Positions 1 to 13,848 of a DNA stretch of 64,000 nucleotides are shown in pieces. A program made the translations under genes and the position numbers. Numbering within the stretch: the stretch's first letter is position 1; the number at the start of each line of letters is the position of its first letter. Below the pieces are notes generated by a model, which was not told the DNA's origin, searched no databases, and saw nothing but the letters and a program-made list of their open reading frames with translations. The DNA is from Hormiphora californensis (taxonomy: Eukaryota; Animalia; Ctenophora). The DNA is taken from positions 1,116,001 to 1,180,000 of the forward strand of contig CM035354.1 of assembly GCA_020137815.1 (NCBI GenBank), written 5' to 3'.

Positions 1-1
1 T

Positions 2-927
2 AACGCCAACAAAACATCTTGCGTTATGGTGGAGTTAGAGTATATAGCCCTACACAACAGTTACTTGATCGGGGCCATCTTTTCATTTTTCGTAGGGCGA
101 GGCGCTGGCAGTTACATTTGGTATTGTCATCTATCGGAACGAAAGTCGTCCTGTGATAAAGGCATTCTGATGTAGGGTATCTCTACAACATTCTAATCAG
201 TCTTATGTTGGGTTTTGTCACTTCCATGGTCCCCATGCTACCTCCAACTTCAACGATCTGCTCTCTAGAGTACACTCTGTTTCTCGTTTTCACCACCATG
301 ACCACCACTAACCTAGCTTGGAAGTGCTGGAAAATATACGGAATATTTTCGAGCTCGGATAACTTTGATACTCCGAAATTCGCCTTCTTATTTAAGAAGA
401 AAGGACAGCTCGGCATCAATATTTTCAACCAGATCACCGTCTTGTTTTTTGTGTTTCTCAACTTGGTTTTCTTTGGGCCTGGATGGGTTTATATAAAATA
501 CCAGGCTTCACCCCACGATGTTATCAACCCAATCTGCACCGTTTCTACGGATACCGCTGCCATGGTAACGGCGTTAATCCCAGTCCTACTGCCAACCTTC
601 CTTCTCCTCTTCTCCCTCGTCATGGCTTTCAGAATGCGCCTCTTTCCCCACAATTTCAAGGAAACGCTCAACATTTTCGCTGCCACCCTGATTGTCGTGC
701 TGTGTTGTATCATGTTCCTAACGGGATACACTCTCTCCGATCCATTCTTCAGAGCTCTACTCAGAGCCATCGTCATGTTCCTGGCGAGTCCTGGCGTTCC
801 TTCTGGCCATATTCCTACCAAGAATAGCCGTGCTGATGAATGCTGCGGATGAACAGACCGAGAGGGAGAGTGTTGAGAATGATGTTAGGCATTTTGTTGT
901 GAGGAATAGCAATGTAAAGTTGAGATA
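2..927 (+). CDS. Class C GPCR (mGluR/CaSR-like), end of Cys-rich region plus 7TM domain; 5'-partial, three apparent 1-nt insertion frameshifts (error or pseudogene)
   Basis: Joining frames gives NANKTSC...ALAVTFGIVIYRNESRPVIKA/SDVGYLYNILISLML (cf. mGluR TPVVKAS), KCWKIYGIF, AFRMRLFPHNFKE (cf. PxNFNE) and TM7 LAFLLAIFLPRI. Frame breaks lie near 98, 166 and 790. Confidence 0.8.
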
Positions 928-1380
928 GAAAGAGAGAGTGTGTGTGAGACTTTGTGTGAGAGCGAGAGAGAGACGGTCGTGATCAGTGGTCGGCATCCCG
1001 TCCTACTCCCAAGGATGAAGGGATCTTGAACCAAATCCTTCTCGTAGAAATTTTTCCCGATATCAAACTGAAATCTTACACTTTTCAAAATACCTTTATA
1101 TCCGAATTTCTAAGTGTTGACAATTATATGGTGGTACTGAGCAGATGAGTCTCCTTCGGGACTTTCAGTGTGTGTGAGGAACGTGTTTATAATATTATTA
1201 AGTCTAGATACATATCTTGTTTTTCTGTTTCTGAATTGTTTTGAATTGTGAATCCTGATCTTTGTGTTCTTTACCCGCCATCTGGGGAGGGGGAAGGGGA
1301 AGGAATTTTGGAGGGTGGACCACACTGATAACGGGGGGGGGGGGGGGCAGGGGCCACACTGCAGATAACCTTAAACCTAC

Positions 1381-4300
1381 CTTGATAACAGATGAAGGAT
1401 CATCCAGCTCAAGGGTTCCCAGCACTGTTCCAGGGTTGAGGATGGACCCCGCATTCTGTTGGAAGTGCACACACCCACTAAGAGGTGCCATCACAGGCAT
1501 GATCATCTTCATCACCTCGATCTCGGCGAAGGGGTGGCCTGCCTGAACATGTTCACCATTCCCAACAAGGTACCGCATCAGTTTACCAGCCGAGGTTGAC
1601 CTAGTAAGGAGAAGGGGGTATTGTTATACCACAATTTGAGGGATAGGGAAAGTGACAGAACAGACAACTTAACTCTCCCACACCAGTAGGAACAAGTAAA
1701 CACAGTAGTACTGGTAGTACCCCCTTCTATGTACTGTGACAGTACATGGAAGGGGGGTCAGAACAATTCAACCCACTTCCCAACAGTGTAGAACTAAACC
1801 CAACCCCCAAACACCATAATGAACAGTACTAACACAGTGTAGAACTACCTGATAACAGTAGGATCATTATCCTTCTCGAAGATGCACGTTTTTCCTCCGA
1901 TTACAACCCGATATCCCGTCACCTCCTCCTTCATATGGGTCGTGTAGCTGTTACCCCCGAAGATAACAAGGTGTCCACCGTCATTCAGTCTGTGCAGCTC
2001 AACCTTTGGGGGGGTTAGTTTAAAGGATTGGAGGAGTTATATAACTTAGAGGGAGATTGGGGATTAGTTTAGAGGATTGGAGGAGTTATATAACTTAGAG
2101 GGAGATCGGGGATTAGTTTAGAGGATTGGAGGAGTTATATAACTTAGAGGGAGATTGGGGATTAGTTTAGGGGATTGGAGTAAATATATAACTTGGTTGT
2201 ACTGTAGTTTTATATCATTGATTATAACAAAATGCATGACTTATTCCTTTCCTCTAATATATTATGATGAATTATAGACCTCACTATTGGAGTCTATACA
2301 TACATTAGTTGCGCTATAAGTTGACCCCACCCTCGATAGAGAGGGATCACATCAATCAATAGCCTACCTCAATACCTCAATACAAGTTGTATCGGTGTGT
2401 ACCTCAAGAGACGAGTTGTTTAGAGCGAGATGGTAAGAGTTGGGCGATGTTTGGGCTGCTTGAAGGGTGTATTTAACATTGTCGTAGCACAGATCCACAT
2501 CTACAATACAGCTCAGGTGTTTCAGGCTCATAACTTGACCCCTGGAATTATGCAGATTATAGGGATGAATATAGTACATCACATACGAGGGAATCAGTGA
2601 CCAATTAACATCAAGTAATATCAATTAACATCAATCAACATCTATTACCTTTCTAGAGCGGCTCTAAAGCTGTTGTATCGAGACTGGATGGCATTGTCAG
2701 CAATGTGAAGGGTACAACAGACAACTGCTAGCATTGTGTCCACCTTCTCACTCCTCTTCTTGGCAGCAATGAGTCCATCCAACCAGCCTAGAGGGTTACA
2801 ATATAGAAATTAGAAGGAACCAGCCTAGAGAGTGATATTATAGAAACTAGAAGGATGGATTAGAAAGATTAATAATCACTGATTATAGATTAGTAGGATG
2901 GATTAGAAAGAGAGATCATAGATTTGGTTCGTTACGAAACACAACAGACCAGATTCACATATGTTCACAGTCTCCGTGAACAGGATTAACACGAATTCAA
3001 CATGTTGGGGAGCAACTGTTGTTGGGGGGCAACAGTCACGTACCGGTATCGTAGTCATTGTGACAGAACTCCCCTGTCTCAAGGATGGTGATCAGGAACT
3101 CAATGGTAGTTCGGAAGTCTGATTTAATGCTTAGCTCTTTTAGAGCCATTACCATGTTTCTGAAAAATGGGGGGGGGGATATTAATTGATCATTTTCAAC
3201 ATGTTAGATAAGGGACAGTACTACTGTCACGGTAGAGAGTGGGGGGTTTGAATGAAGGGTGATTTTGATGTAATTCACTTAGTCACTTACGTTCTAGCTT
3301 CCTCTCTGTCCTCTCCCCAGGAGAAACAATGTCCAAACTGACTATCAGCAAACTCGTGAAGTCCACCGGAAGCCTGCACAGAGAAGTACCCCCACACATT
3401 CTGGTTCGATCGGAATGTCAGTTCTTGGACTGTACCACTGTTCGGTTTAAATCCTTCGTCGGGGTTTTCCGCGGTGATACGACACGCCAGACAATGACCA
3501 TGGGGTCGGGGCGGGGTCTTCGGGTTATCAAAGTTGATTGGGTTCATTCCAAAGGGTGATTCCTTGTACATCATTCTAACACCCCTGATACGGTGAAGGG
3601 GAATACCCATGGCAATTTGGAGCTGCACCGCTGGTAGTTTAGTGCTGCTAATCATCTCAGTACAGGGGTGCTCAACTTGCAGTCTGGGATTTAGTTCCAG
3701 GAAATAGAAACCGTGGCCCTCCATGTAGAGGTACTCTACAGTTCCCGCACTGACATATCCCACCATCTTAGCGAGCCTGACAGCCGCCTTCTCCATCTCT
3801 TCAAACATCACTGGATCCTGTGAGGGGAGGGAGGTTTAGAGGGTGATGTGGTAAATATGTTTTGATTTGAGGAGATATTATATCCAGTATTGAAAACATG
3901 AATGGGTCTTCAACATCACGAAATGACCCCTCAAGCTCCCAGATACGTACAGTAATGACAGAGGGAGCCTCTTCGATAATCTTCTGATGTCGACGTTGCA
4001 CGGAGCAGTCACGGCCAAACAGGGAGATGGCGTTACCATACTCGTCCGCAATTATCTGAACTTCGATATGTCGTGCACTGAAATGGGTTGGAATTTAGAA
4101 TTGGGTTCAACCCCTGACTGGAGCAGCACAGCGCTTATCATAATGTGACACTTCTCTGGACTTCGTGGAAGTGACTAGAGCCACTTTGATGTATTAAAAG
4201 CCTATCGCCATATGTAATATGACTCACATGTGATGCTATGTGTGTGATAAAAATAATCCGAGTTTCTGCAGAAACAGGCACAGAAAATACATAACTAGCA

Positions 4301-5493
4301 CTTGAATACACATATGGTCCGATCTACCAACTACAATACGAAGAGACGCTGAACTCCCATTATAGCCAAGTGAGACTACAAAACTAATTGGATTATTGAA
4401 CTAATTACTACTAATTAAACTACTTACTTGTGTGCAAGTTTCATAACGAAGATGGGTGACCCAGGAATTTCTGCCTGGACCTGCTGGTACGCCAGCTCAA
4501 ATTCCTCAGCAGATTTGACCTTCCTGATTCCCTTTCCACCTCCTCCTTCAGATGCCTTGATCATAACAGGGAACCCGATCCTATTAGCAGCATCCAGTCC
4601 CTCCTTGTAGGAGTGAATACACCCCTTATCATACACATCCTCAGGGACAGTCATGCACTCTCCAGACTCTGCCCTCTCCATGGCACCCTCCATGATAATG
4701 TCCATACCATTCCAAGGTAGGGTAGGAACGTTGGCACTCTGGGCCAGGATAGAACTAGCGATCTTGTCACCTAGGGCCCACATAGCATGTTCGGGTGGTC
4801 CAATGAAGGTGATACCGTGCTGGTGGAGTAGCTCAGGGAGTTTTGGGTTCTCGGAAGCGTGGCCCCATCCCGCCCAAACAGCCTGGACTGGGATCCTCTT
4901 AGCAATGTCAAGGATTAGCTCCACGTTGGCGTAGTTGTAGTTGTTGGTGCCGCCCGGAACGGGAACTGAGAGATCAGCCATACGGATATACTCAGCATTT
5001 GCCTGTTCGGAGGGGGGGGGGGGGTGAATGGATGGAAAATATATTTTGGAGTCAGGTATAAAACACATTATTTGTTTTTTAAACTTTAAATTACACATAC
5101 CTTCATATCCTCTGGAGAGACCATGACCACGAACTTGATGGCCTTTTCATTTCCAAACAGCTCGTATGCCCATTTCCGAATGGTTCGCATACACTTGACC
5201 GCGGCAATACCATTGTTGGCAATGAGAACTTTCTCGATTACACGCTTCCCGCCGAAAGTCCGCACAAACTCAGTCGGTGTTGCAACCTGCAAGAGAGGAA
5301 TTTGTTTAGACTGGGATTGGAGTGGACCTCTCATTAATCAAGCAAGAAACATTGCAAGGATTTTTTGTTGGAAAATCAGCCAACATCGACAAACATAAAG
5401 CCATTAATTAAGAGGTTATAGTGCAGGTGGAAGAATTTCATTGCAAATAGAAAGTCTGGCCAGGCTTTGTGTGCGCATGTGTGTTGGTTTGTT

Positions 5494-5526
<33 letters not shown>

Positions 5527-7628
5527 TGGTTTGTTTGTGTGTGTGTGTGTGTGTGTCTGTGTGTGTCTGTGTGTGTGTGTGTCTGTGTGTGTGTGTGTTT
5601 ATGATGTGCGGCAATCAGCATTGGCTGTGTATATACGTGTTACGTACCATGTTTTAAAAACAATTGTGGAGAAAGTAATGTTTGTAAGTTGCTCGAGGAG
5701 GAGCCACATACGTATGTCAGATCAAATTATGTACAAGAACTGAGAGTGTCTTATCTGTCTTAAATATCATTGGTCGAGAAAAGGAAGAGGAATTTACATA
5801 GCCCTACATGGGAGGAACAAGGGTGTTTATTAGGGGCCAGCTCGACAATTCCAGTCTTACCAAAATGTGTGATTCGTCTTCATGTTCTTTAACGCTTTCA
5901 CCGGAAAGATTTCTACGGTGCCCTTTACGAAATTTAACCAAGGGATTCTTGTCAAGCGTAGGCATTTTACTTCTTTTCTCGTTGCATTGCTTTGGGACAG
6001 ATTTTTTTCAAAATTTGCAATGCGGTTCAAAGCTTCATTGAAACTGAATACAATTTATTTCTAGGAGATCATGCAGGAAGGAGTTTAAGAAACTACAAAT
6101 ACCAATTTCCTAACCAAACAAACCGTAAAGACTGAAGAGCCGAAGAGCCGTGATAACAAATTTAAATCTTACAATTTTCAAGAACGAACACGTGCACGGT
6201 GCGAAAAAAATTGAAATTTCTCAGAGAAATGAAATGCAGCGCAGTGAAGAACCATCTTGCGCGTTACATACAGTACCGCGCGGCTTAATTAAATACAGAT
6301 TTGATTAATAAATATTGTTTTAAAACTTTTCTTAACTTTTTTAAATTTAACTTTTTTGAAGTTTCGTTCGTAGATTTACTTTTAAGATACAACAAGGACT
6401 TTGCAATGTGAAAAAAACAGACATTGGGTGTAAGAGCAACCCTTTATTAGACAGGAGCCCTTGCTACACGATGATATAAGGTAAATGAAAGCATGTGAAA
6501 AGCAAAAGCATAAAAAACTGCTGGCTTCGTTGCTTTGATAACTTGAAAAGTTGTTAACTTTTGAAAGACCGCTCAAATCAAGATGAGGAACGTACCATTT
6601 GCTTTTGGATGCTCATGTTGTCAACTTCAGTTGGTGAAATCACGACCAATTCGTCCTTGCTCAAATTTTTATTCCTTCCAGACTCCCGGGTACCTTTCTT
6701 CATGGTGCCGATGAGAGAGGGACAAGCTGCTCAAACGACACAGAAAAACGAAAAGTAGTAGTGGTGTGATTTGGCGAGTGTGTGTGTATATCTGAATGTA
6801 ATGTTAGAACGCCCTCGCAGTGCAGGATTTGTCAAGAGTGAGTGGGTGTTATTGAGACATTCAGTGAATGTTTAGTGAGAGAGAGAGTGAGAGAGATAGG
6901 GAGAGAGCGTGAGAGAGAGATAGGGAGAGAGCGTGAGAGAGAGGGGGAAATATAGGAAGAGAGAGCGAGAGGGGTTTAGTGTAAGCCCCCAGTATTCCTG
7001 CTACGGCATATAAAACATCTCCATACGTCTGCTTACATAAGCGATCTGTCAATAAAGACTTACGTATTCATAGTCGGAATCCGATAGTCGTGGTGTTCGG
7101 TTTTCTTTTGGTCTTTTGGGCATTTTTCGGGTTCTTTGGATGTACCTCCGAGGGGCCCGAGGTATCCTCTGTCCGTCTGACTGGGAAGGGGACGGGTGTC
7201 AATTGCGGGACACCTTCCTGGTAGCCATCTCACCCACACGCCGTGACAGGATGTCGCAATTTCTAGAATATAGGCGGTTTGTAAAATTTCCGAGATATAC
7301 CTACTTTCAAAAGTCTAGACATTCTGCAGTTGCAAATCAAGTAAAACCATTATAAGCTGTCTGGCGGCACCGATTCGATCTGAGCCAGTGCCACCAGTAA
7401 GTGGGCATTAGACACAATTTAGGTATCCTGCAACTATACTAAATCTCTTCTCCCTCCTACAGCTCTTGGGACTGGTACCATTGCTACCTCTCTGCTTCAA
7501 GACCTCAATCTCGCTCGCAAGAGGTGTCAATGTCACCTGCACCAACTCCTGGCCTAATCTCATATCTCTCAAAAACACGTGCTCACCTGTGTATCTGACT
7601 CATCGAATGAGGGCGATTTGAACATCAT
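1381..7628 (-). CDS. ACC: Acetyl-CoA carboxylase, multi-exon: biotin carboxylase and BCCP domains; gene presumably continues left of the window
   Basis: Exons encode [75 protein letters not shown] and the biotinylation motif EVMKM. GT-AG introns; the first common exon begins at 5287 (cag|GTTGCAACA). The 5' boundary depends on which first exon is used. Confidence 0.95.
5470..5600. repeat. (GT)n microsatellite
   Basis: Imperfect GT/GTTT run in an ACC intron. Confidence 0.9.
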
Positions 7629-7854
7629 GGCGTCGCCGCCCCCTTAATAGTTAATTCAGCTAGGATATAAATAGCACGTTTTAATTTAGTTGCCTAAAAA
7701 TAGCAATGGAGGGTGGGGGCTACAATTCAAAAACTGAATATCCCAAATCACGACCCACAGAGAGCGAGTAATCCAAGATGTACCCGTTCTACAGTGATTG
7801 TTAGCAAAGATAGAGAGGTAACTGGACTCGGTGGGGGCATTGGGGTATGATGAT

Positions 7855-7856
<2 letters not shown>

Positions 7857-7936
<80 letters not shown>
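7857..7936. repeat. (GA)n microsatellite between the divergent ACC and peroxidase genes
   Basis: Perfect GA run of about 80 nt. Confidence 0.95.
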
Positions 7937-7938
<2 letters not shown>

Positions 7939-8416
7939 CAGGGTGGATGATCAATAGTGCAGCTGAATCACGTGGCTCTACAAGTAGTAGTACTACACCA
8001 TTCATCCCCGGATGATAGAGTGGTATCACTTTCATCAGCAAAATTGAGAGTGAGAGACACACAGAGTATTAGAGCAAGAACGAGAGCGAGTGAGAGAGTA
8101 GAGAGGGCAGAGAGAGAGAGATTCAGAGGGCTAGAAATAAGTTCTGCTGGATACTCGTTGCATACAGAGCACACCACCAGTAACTCAAACCAGCATAGAA
8201 TATTCCACAAATCCACACTGTAGCACTACTACTTGTGGTCCCTAATCTCATCTTCAAAAACTAAATTATTTTCCTGTTTCCCTCTCCCAAAATGGATACA
8301 CTACCACTTCAAGTAAGATATTCACCACTTGGTTTTCTGTATACTGTAGCTATTCGGTTACCATGGATCCCAGCCTTTATCTGAGATCAGCTGCTGTCTT
8401 ATGAGTGATGAGTCAT

Positions 8417-8465
8417 GTAACTATATATATCGTGTCATCACTGATGACACGATATATATAGTTAC
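8417..8465. repeat. Perfect palindrome, 24-bp arms, 1-nt spacer
   Basis: gtaactatatatatcgtgtcatca-c-tgatgacacgatatatatagttac. Confidence 0.9.
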
Positions 8466-8631
8466 CAATTCCTCGGTATAGATTCGAGAAGTCGAGAACG
8501 CCAGGATCAGATGTCAGGCTACAATGCTCTGAGTTTGACATAGATGTCAGCACATTGTCGACGTGGAGGTGAAACTTTAAAAACTGAGAGACTAAACAAA
8601 TCCATGATGATCTCTTATTCTTTTCTCCGTT

Positions 8632-11600
8632 ATGATTTGGGCCTTCGTCTTGTCAGCAGCTGTTACACTCTTCCATACAACTCTAGGTAAATGCTTTTCC
8701 TTCTCCCCTGGTCCCCAACTAGACTTCGCTTGTCCCCAAGTTCTCTCCTCGACCCAAGAAAGGCAATGTCCCCGTATATTCACCCACAGCTCCTTGTCCC
8801 CATACCCTGCAATGGCGCAATGCGAGAACCATGCCCTATCTCTTCACCCCTTTCTCGTCAATCGTCCCCAATTTCCCTTTCCAGGGCAAGAGGGGTGCAA
8901 GAATGTCTACTCTGACGATGATTGTGAGGAACTCAGGGGAAAGGGATTCTGTGTCAACACACAGACACGGGATGTTATGAAACTGAACTGTGCCAAATCC
9001 TGTGGACAATGTATTGTAAGTTAAGCTATCTGTTAAGCTAATCTGTCAGGCCAATGCTGATCTGACCGCGGCTGTTCTCGCACGCTCTATTGAAAGAAAT
9101 GAGAATAGGGCCAGCCTAATCCTATAGATAAATCAGTTCTCAGGGCGTGTGACTTAGATTGTATTAGGGCGTGTGTCGTGTGAGTTAGATTGTATCAGGT
9201 CTATTAAAATGCATCAACTTTCCAACTGTATGGCATTTGGTATTCGTTTATCCATAACCACATGCAACACCTGCGTCTCATGTCTCACTGTATCCTCAGT
9301 TTTCCCAATATCGTCCACGGCAATCGTCAATCACTAACACACAGATCGTTGCAAAATGTACACATTTCACTCAATGAAATAGTAAACCTCAAGGCAGCTA
9401 GCTTGCTTTACAGCTCTAGGCTCACTATAATAACAGCTGGTGCATCAGATGTATCACTTGCAGCAACAGCATAATGATATAGTAGGGCGTGGTGTGATTG
9501 ATACCCGTGACGACATGACTCTATTGTTGAATCGATATTACTAGGATTGTATGTAGAGGGGGTACTGAACACGAGGCAGCTCGCTCTATTACAAATACAA
9601 TTGTAGAGTGAGAGATAGGGATATAATGCAAAGAGATAGGGAGATAGAGAGATAGAGAATCCCCAATCCATGACTATTGACTATAACCCCCACTCCCCCA
9701 CTACACAGGAAGCTAGTACACAACAAGAGAAGTCAACAACAACATCAACACAGTGCGAGGACGAGGCAGATAACTGCGCTGACTGGCGTGATATCGGGCT
9801 GTGTAATCGTGACAGGGTTACCACTGAGATAGAGAGTGTAACAATAAACCAGTGTCAGGCAACGTGCGGGCTGTGTGGACAGGAGGAAGGGAAGGAGGAG
9901 ACATGTCAGGATAGGTTCTCCAAGATGCAATGTGCAAGGTATGCTTGATAGGAAATAGGGAACACAGTGGGCAGCGATGGATTGTGAGGGGATTGTGAGG
10001 GATTGTACCTTACCCATACAATTTGTATGAGGGGTTTAAAAGCTGTAAACGGTAGTCCGCAGTTGACCACTTTACCAATAGTTCAACGAATCTGACAGAG
10101 AGCTGGTTTATCTTCAAATTTCTGCAAAATTTGACCATATTTGGTCAGGACTCAGGGTAGTAGGATCCCTTGGTACCATTGCCACCTGTAATGGACTCGT
10201 TATTTTGAACTCGGTATAATTTGTTGCGCGACTTACGGCGACTTCGATCTCACAAGGTGTTCATATCATCAACCCCCCCCCCCCATTCAGGTATACATAC
10301 TTTCTAATACCCCCTTGTTGAGTAACTCCCTCCCCCCCCCCCCATTCAGGTTGGTGTCCCAGGGAAAGTGCCGGACCATGCGAACTATGATGTCCCGGAT
10401 GTGTGCTAATAGTTGCCGCTACTGCACAGATACAGACACATATTACGAGGAGGAGAAGGAGAAAGAGACTGCCTCAGGGTGGAATGAGTGGGGAGTCTGG
10501 TCGCTCTGTGATGTGGATCTGCTGGCGAGGGAGTGAGGTACCGATCCTAGGAACGTGCAGGGGAGGGTCGTGTGATGGTGTCGTGACGCAGTCCTAGTGC
10601 ATGCACTGTTACTGAGTGCCCAAAAGGTTTGTTTGTGCCCAAAGTTTTCTTTTATTCATCAAAAGGGGGGTTTGAGGGGTGACCAAAGTCATACCACACC
10701 ATCGTATGCCCGTTTGAGCTCTTAATCCCCCTCCGCTAGCTTGGTTTTGGGCTATGTCAACAAGCTATTGGGAGGAGGGAACGGTCCCAAAACCGATGCT
10801 TTTTCAAGCTAAATCTAAAGAAATCACTGTCACTCACCCCTCATGTGGAACCCTGTCACACCCGTGCTTGGAGCACAGAAGTCGGAGCGAGGTCACCCCT
10901 CAAACCCCCCTTTTGAGTTCTTTTATTCAAATATTTGGATTGGTAGATGATGATTTTACCAAACAAATCGACATGATACATATCTGAATTATATTTCGAT
11001 TCTGAAAACAACAAGATCTGAATCACCTTCCCCTATACAGATATCTGTCAAGGAGAGGAAGACCAGTACTGCCCTCAACTCAAAGACCTGGGCTACTGCC
11101 AAAGGGAGGGTAGTCTGGATTTCATGAACGAAAACTGTGCCGTATCCTGTGAGACATGTCGGTTGGTAGAGAATGGTTCAGCCGGGGAGGTATCTGATAG
11201 ATACAAGTTGTGTGTTGAGAGAGTGATGAATGATGTTATCTCTGCAACACTAAACACACTTCACCTCTTCCAGGTTGGTAGGCAAATAATGTGGTTTTGT
11301 TACCATGGTAACGAACTCACAGCCCTCGCTATGACAGTTTGCTCAGCGACCATACTATCCATATCATTGTACCAATCTCCAACTTATTGCAGGAGAACGA
11401 GAGGTCTAAGAATCAGATTATTACCAAAACCCGACTCCCAACAGAGGCCCAAGACAGTCTCAGAAAACTCTCCCGGCAAGGTCTTGCTCTCACCATTCAG
11501 GACAAGTTGTTCAGTGCGATAGTTGACGGCATCAACTCGATGTGCGGGGTCGAATCCCGTGGAACAAGGGGGTACATTGAGTCTCGTCTCCTCGAAAGTC

Positions 11601-13390
11601 AAGTCATCAAAGCATCCACCCTTGATTGCAGTGAGAGTTGTGGGGGGTCGTCCACACTGGGCCGTGTATTCAGGAGTTATAATGGCACGTGCAACAATTG
11701 TGATAACCCTACATGGGGATCAGCAGCCAGTAACATATTGAGAATCCTGGACGCTGAGTATGAGAATCAGGAGAGTTCCACACCGCGGGGCTGGGCCCAA
11801 AATGACCCCACCGTGCAGGCCCTACCGGAGCAGGAGGTGCCATCTGCCAGATTGGTCACTAAGATGCTGATTGAACAAAAGGCAGTTAAAGACAGCAGAT
11901 TGTCCCTGATGCATTTCCAGTGGGGCCAGTTCCTTGATCATGACCTGGTGCTAGTACCAACTAACCCTGAGAGTACAGCTGGTGGAGGAGATGTGAACTG
12001 TGCTAATGAGTGTACTAACAAGTATCCATGTTTCCCTATCCCGCTATCACCCAGTGACCCCATTGCGAACATGTCAGGAGGATGGCGGTCCTGTCTCCCC
12101 TTTACTCGATCAGCTGGGATCAAATTCAATGTACTGGGAGCTTCGTCGTACACAAACCAGATCAATGAGATAACATCTTATATAGATGGTAGCAATGTGT
12201 ACGGTAGTACCGAGTTCCTAGCAGTTCTCCTGAAGGGCCAGAATGGGGAGATGAGGGAGGGTGGGGAGTGTCCCATAGCTCACGAGGGACCTCTCCTACC
12301 AGACTGCCCGGAAGGGAACAACGCTCACTTTTGTGTGTGTGGGTTGGAGAATTGTCCTGAGAGGTACATAGCGGGTGATACTCGTGTTAACGAACAACCA
12401 ATGTTAACACTCATGCACACAATCTGGGTCCGGGAACACAACAGAATTGCTAGGAGGTTGAGGGAGATTAACCCGTGTTGGGATGGAGAGAGGGTTTACC
12501 AGGAAGCGAGAAAGATAGTGGTAGCAATACTCCAACATATCACCTACAAACTCTACCTCCCAGTGCTACTAGGACCGGCTGGATTTGCTCACTACATTGG
12601 TTTTGACTCCAAATACAACCCTGCCATCCAGGCGGGGATCTTGAATGAATTTGCCACGGCTGCGTTCCGTTTTGGGCACTCCCAGATCCCTGAATCGGTC
12701 CCTGTAATCAATACAAAATGGAAGGAAGTCCTACAAGAAGATCTGCACACGACATTCTTCAGAGCCAACATGTTGTGTAGTTGTGGGTTCGATAACATCA
12801 TCAGGGGCATGCTTCTCACTCCAGTCAACCAAGTGGATAATAACTTTGCGGACGATGTTGTAGACCGGTTATTTACACCCCACCATCACGGATTTGGGTT
12901 AGATCTGGTTAGTATCAACATTCAGCGAGGGAGAGACCACGGTTTAGCGCCCTATATGAGATACCAACGGTACTGCGAGCAGAAGTATCTAGTAAAACCC
13001 ACTCTCCACAATGAGGCTGAGACCCGGGCGAGGATTGATCTCGTTTACGGGGATATCGAGAAAACGGATCTGTTTGTCGGAGGTATCCTAGAGAATCCTG
13101 TAAATGATGGCCTCCTCGGACCCACATTTTCCTGTATCCTAGGGGAGCAGTTTAAACAACTGAGAGATGGGGACAGGTTCTTCTACACTCACAAGGGTGT
13201 CTTCACCCCAGAGCAACTAGACGAGATTCTAAAAAGCAGTCTGAGCAAGGTGATTTGTGAAAACACGAGGACTCTTGATAAAATGCCCCGAGCTGCCTTC
13301 CTGGTGGAGGATAGGGAGGATTTCGTGCCGTGTGGGGAGCTGCCTGGTATTGACCTGGAATTGTGGAGAGATGGACAGTGCAGTAGTTAA
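8632..13390 (+). CDS. Secreted animal heme peroxidase with ShK x3 - TSP1 - ShK N-terminus (multi-exon)
   Basis: Signal peptide MIWAFVLSAAVTLFHTTLG; ShK Cys patterns (CAKSCGQC, CQATCGLC, CANSCRYC, CAVSCETC); TSP1 start WNEWGVWSLC. Peroxidase motifs QWGQFLDHD, GDTRVNEQ, AAFRFGHSQ and INIQRGRDHG lie in the last exon (about 11393-13390). The TSP1 exon has apparent indels. Confidence 0.9.
10661..10914. mobile_element. Inverted-repeat-bounded element in a peroxidase intron
   Basis: 24-bp inverted repeat aaaaggggggtttgaggggtgacc / ggtcacccctcaaacccccctttt. Confidence 0.5.
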
Positions 13391-13476
13391 TCTGATAATT
13401 TTTTTGGGATCTTGAAAATACAACTGATTAGATGTGAATGTGATGTTATTCAGTCATTGCATCTCATCATTTACCG

Positions 13477-13848
13477 GGTAGGCGGTAAATGTTAACCAGA
13501 TCTGAGAAAAAACGTACGTGCAAAACCACGTTTTTGTCCATAACTCAGTCATTTCTTGACCAATTTGCAAAATCTTGGGCGCGTTGGAAAGAGGACATTG
13601 AGCTCTTTCAAATGAGCCCAATAAAACTAAAATCGGCGCAAAATGCGCGGCGTCATGGCGCAAAATGCGCGTTTTCGCCACCACGCCGCGCAATTTGCGC
13701 CAATTTTCATTTTCTTGAGCTCATTTGAGAGATCTCAATGTCCTCTTTCCAATGAGCCAAAGATCTTGCAAATTGGTCAAGAAATGGCTGAGTTATGGGC
13801 AAAAACGTGCGAAATTCTCACAGATCTGGTTAACATTTACCGCCTACC
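13477..13848. mobile_element. Foldback MITE, Mutator-like (9-bp TSD)
   Basis: TIRs GGTAGGCGGTAAATGTTAACCAGATCTG; near-palindromic throughout; CATTTACCG at 13468-13476 and 13849-13857. Confidence 0.85.

Noticed and set aside
160-172. In-frame TGA in the GPCR as possible selenocysteine or readthrough
   Set aside because: Homology continues in another frame (KA-SDVGYL), so a 1-nt insertion explains it.
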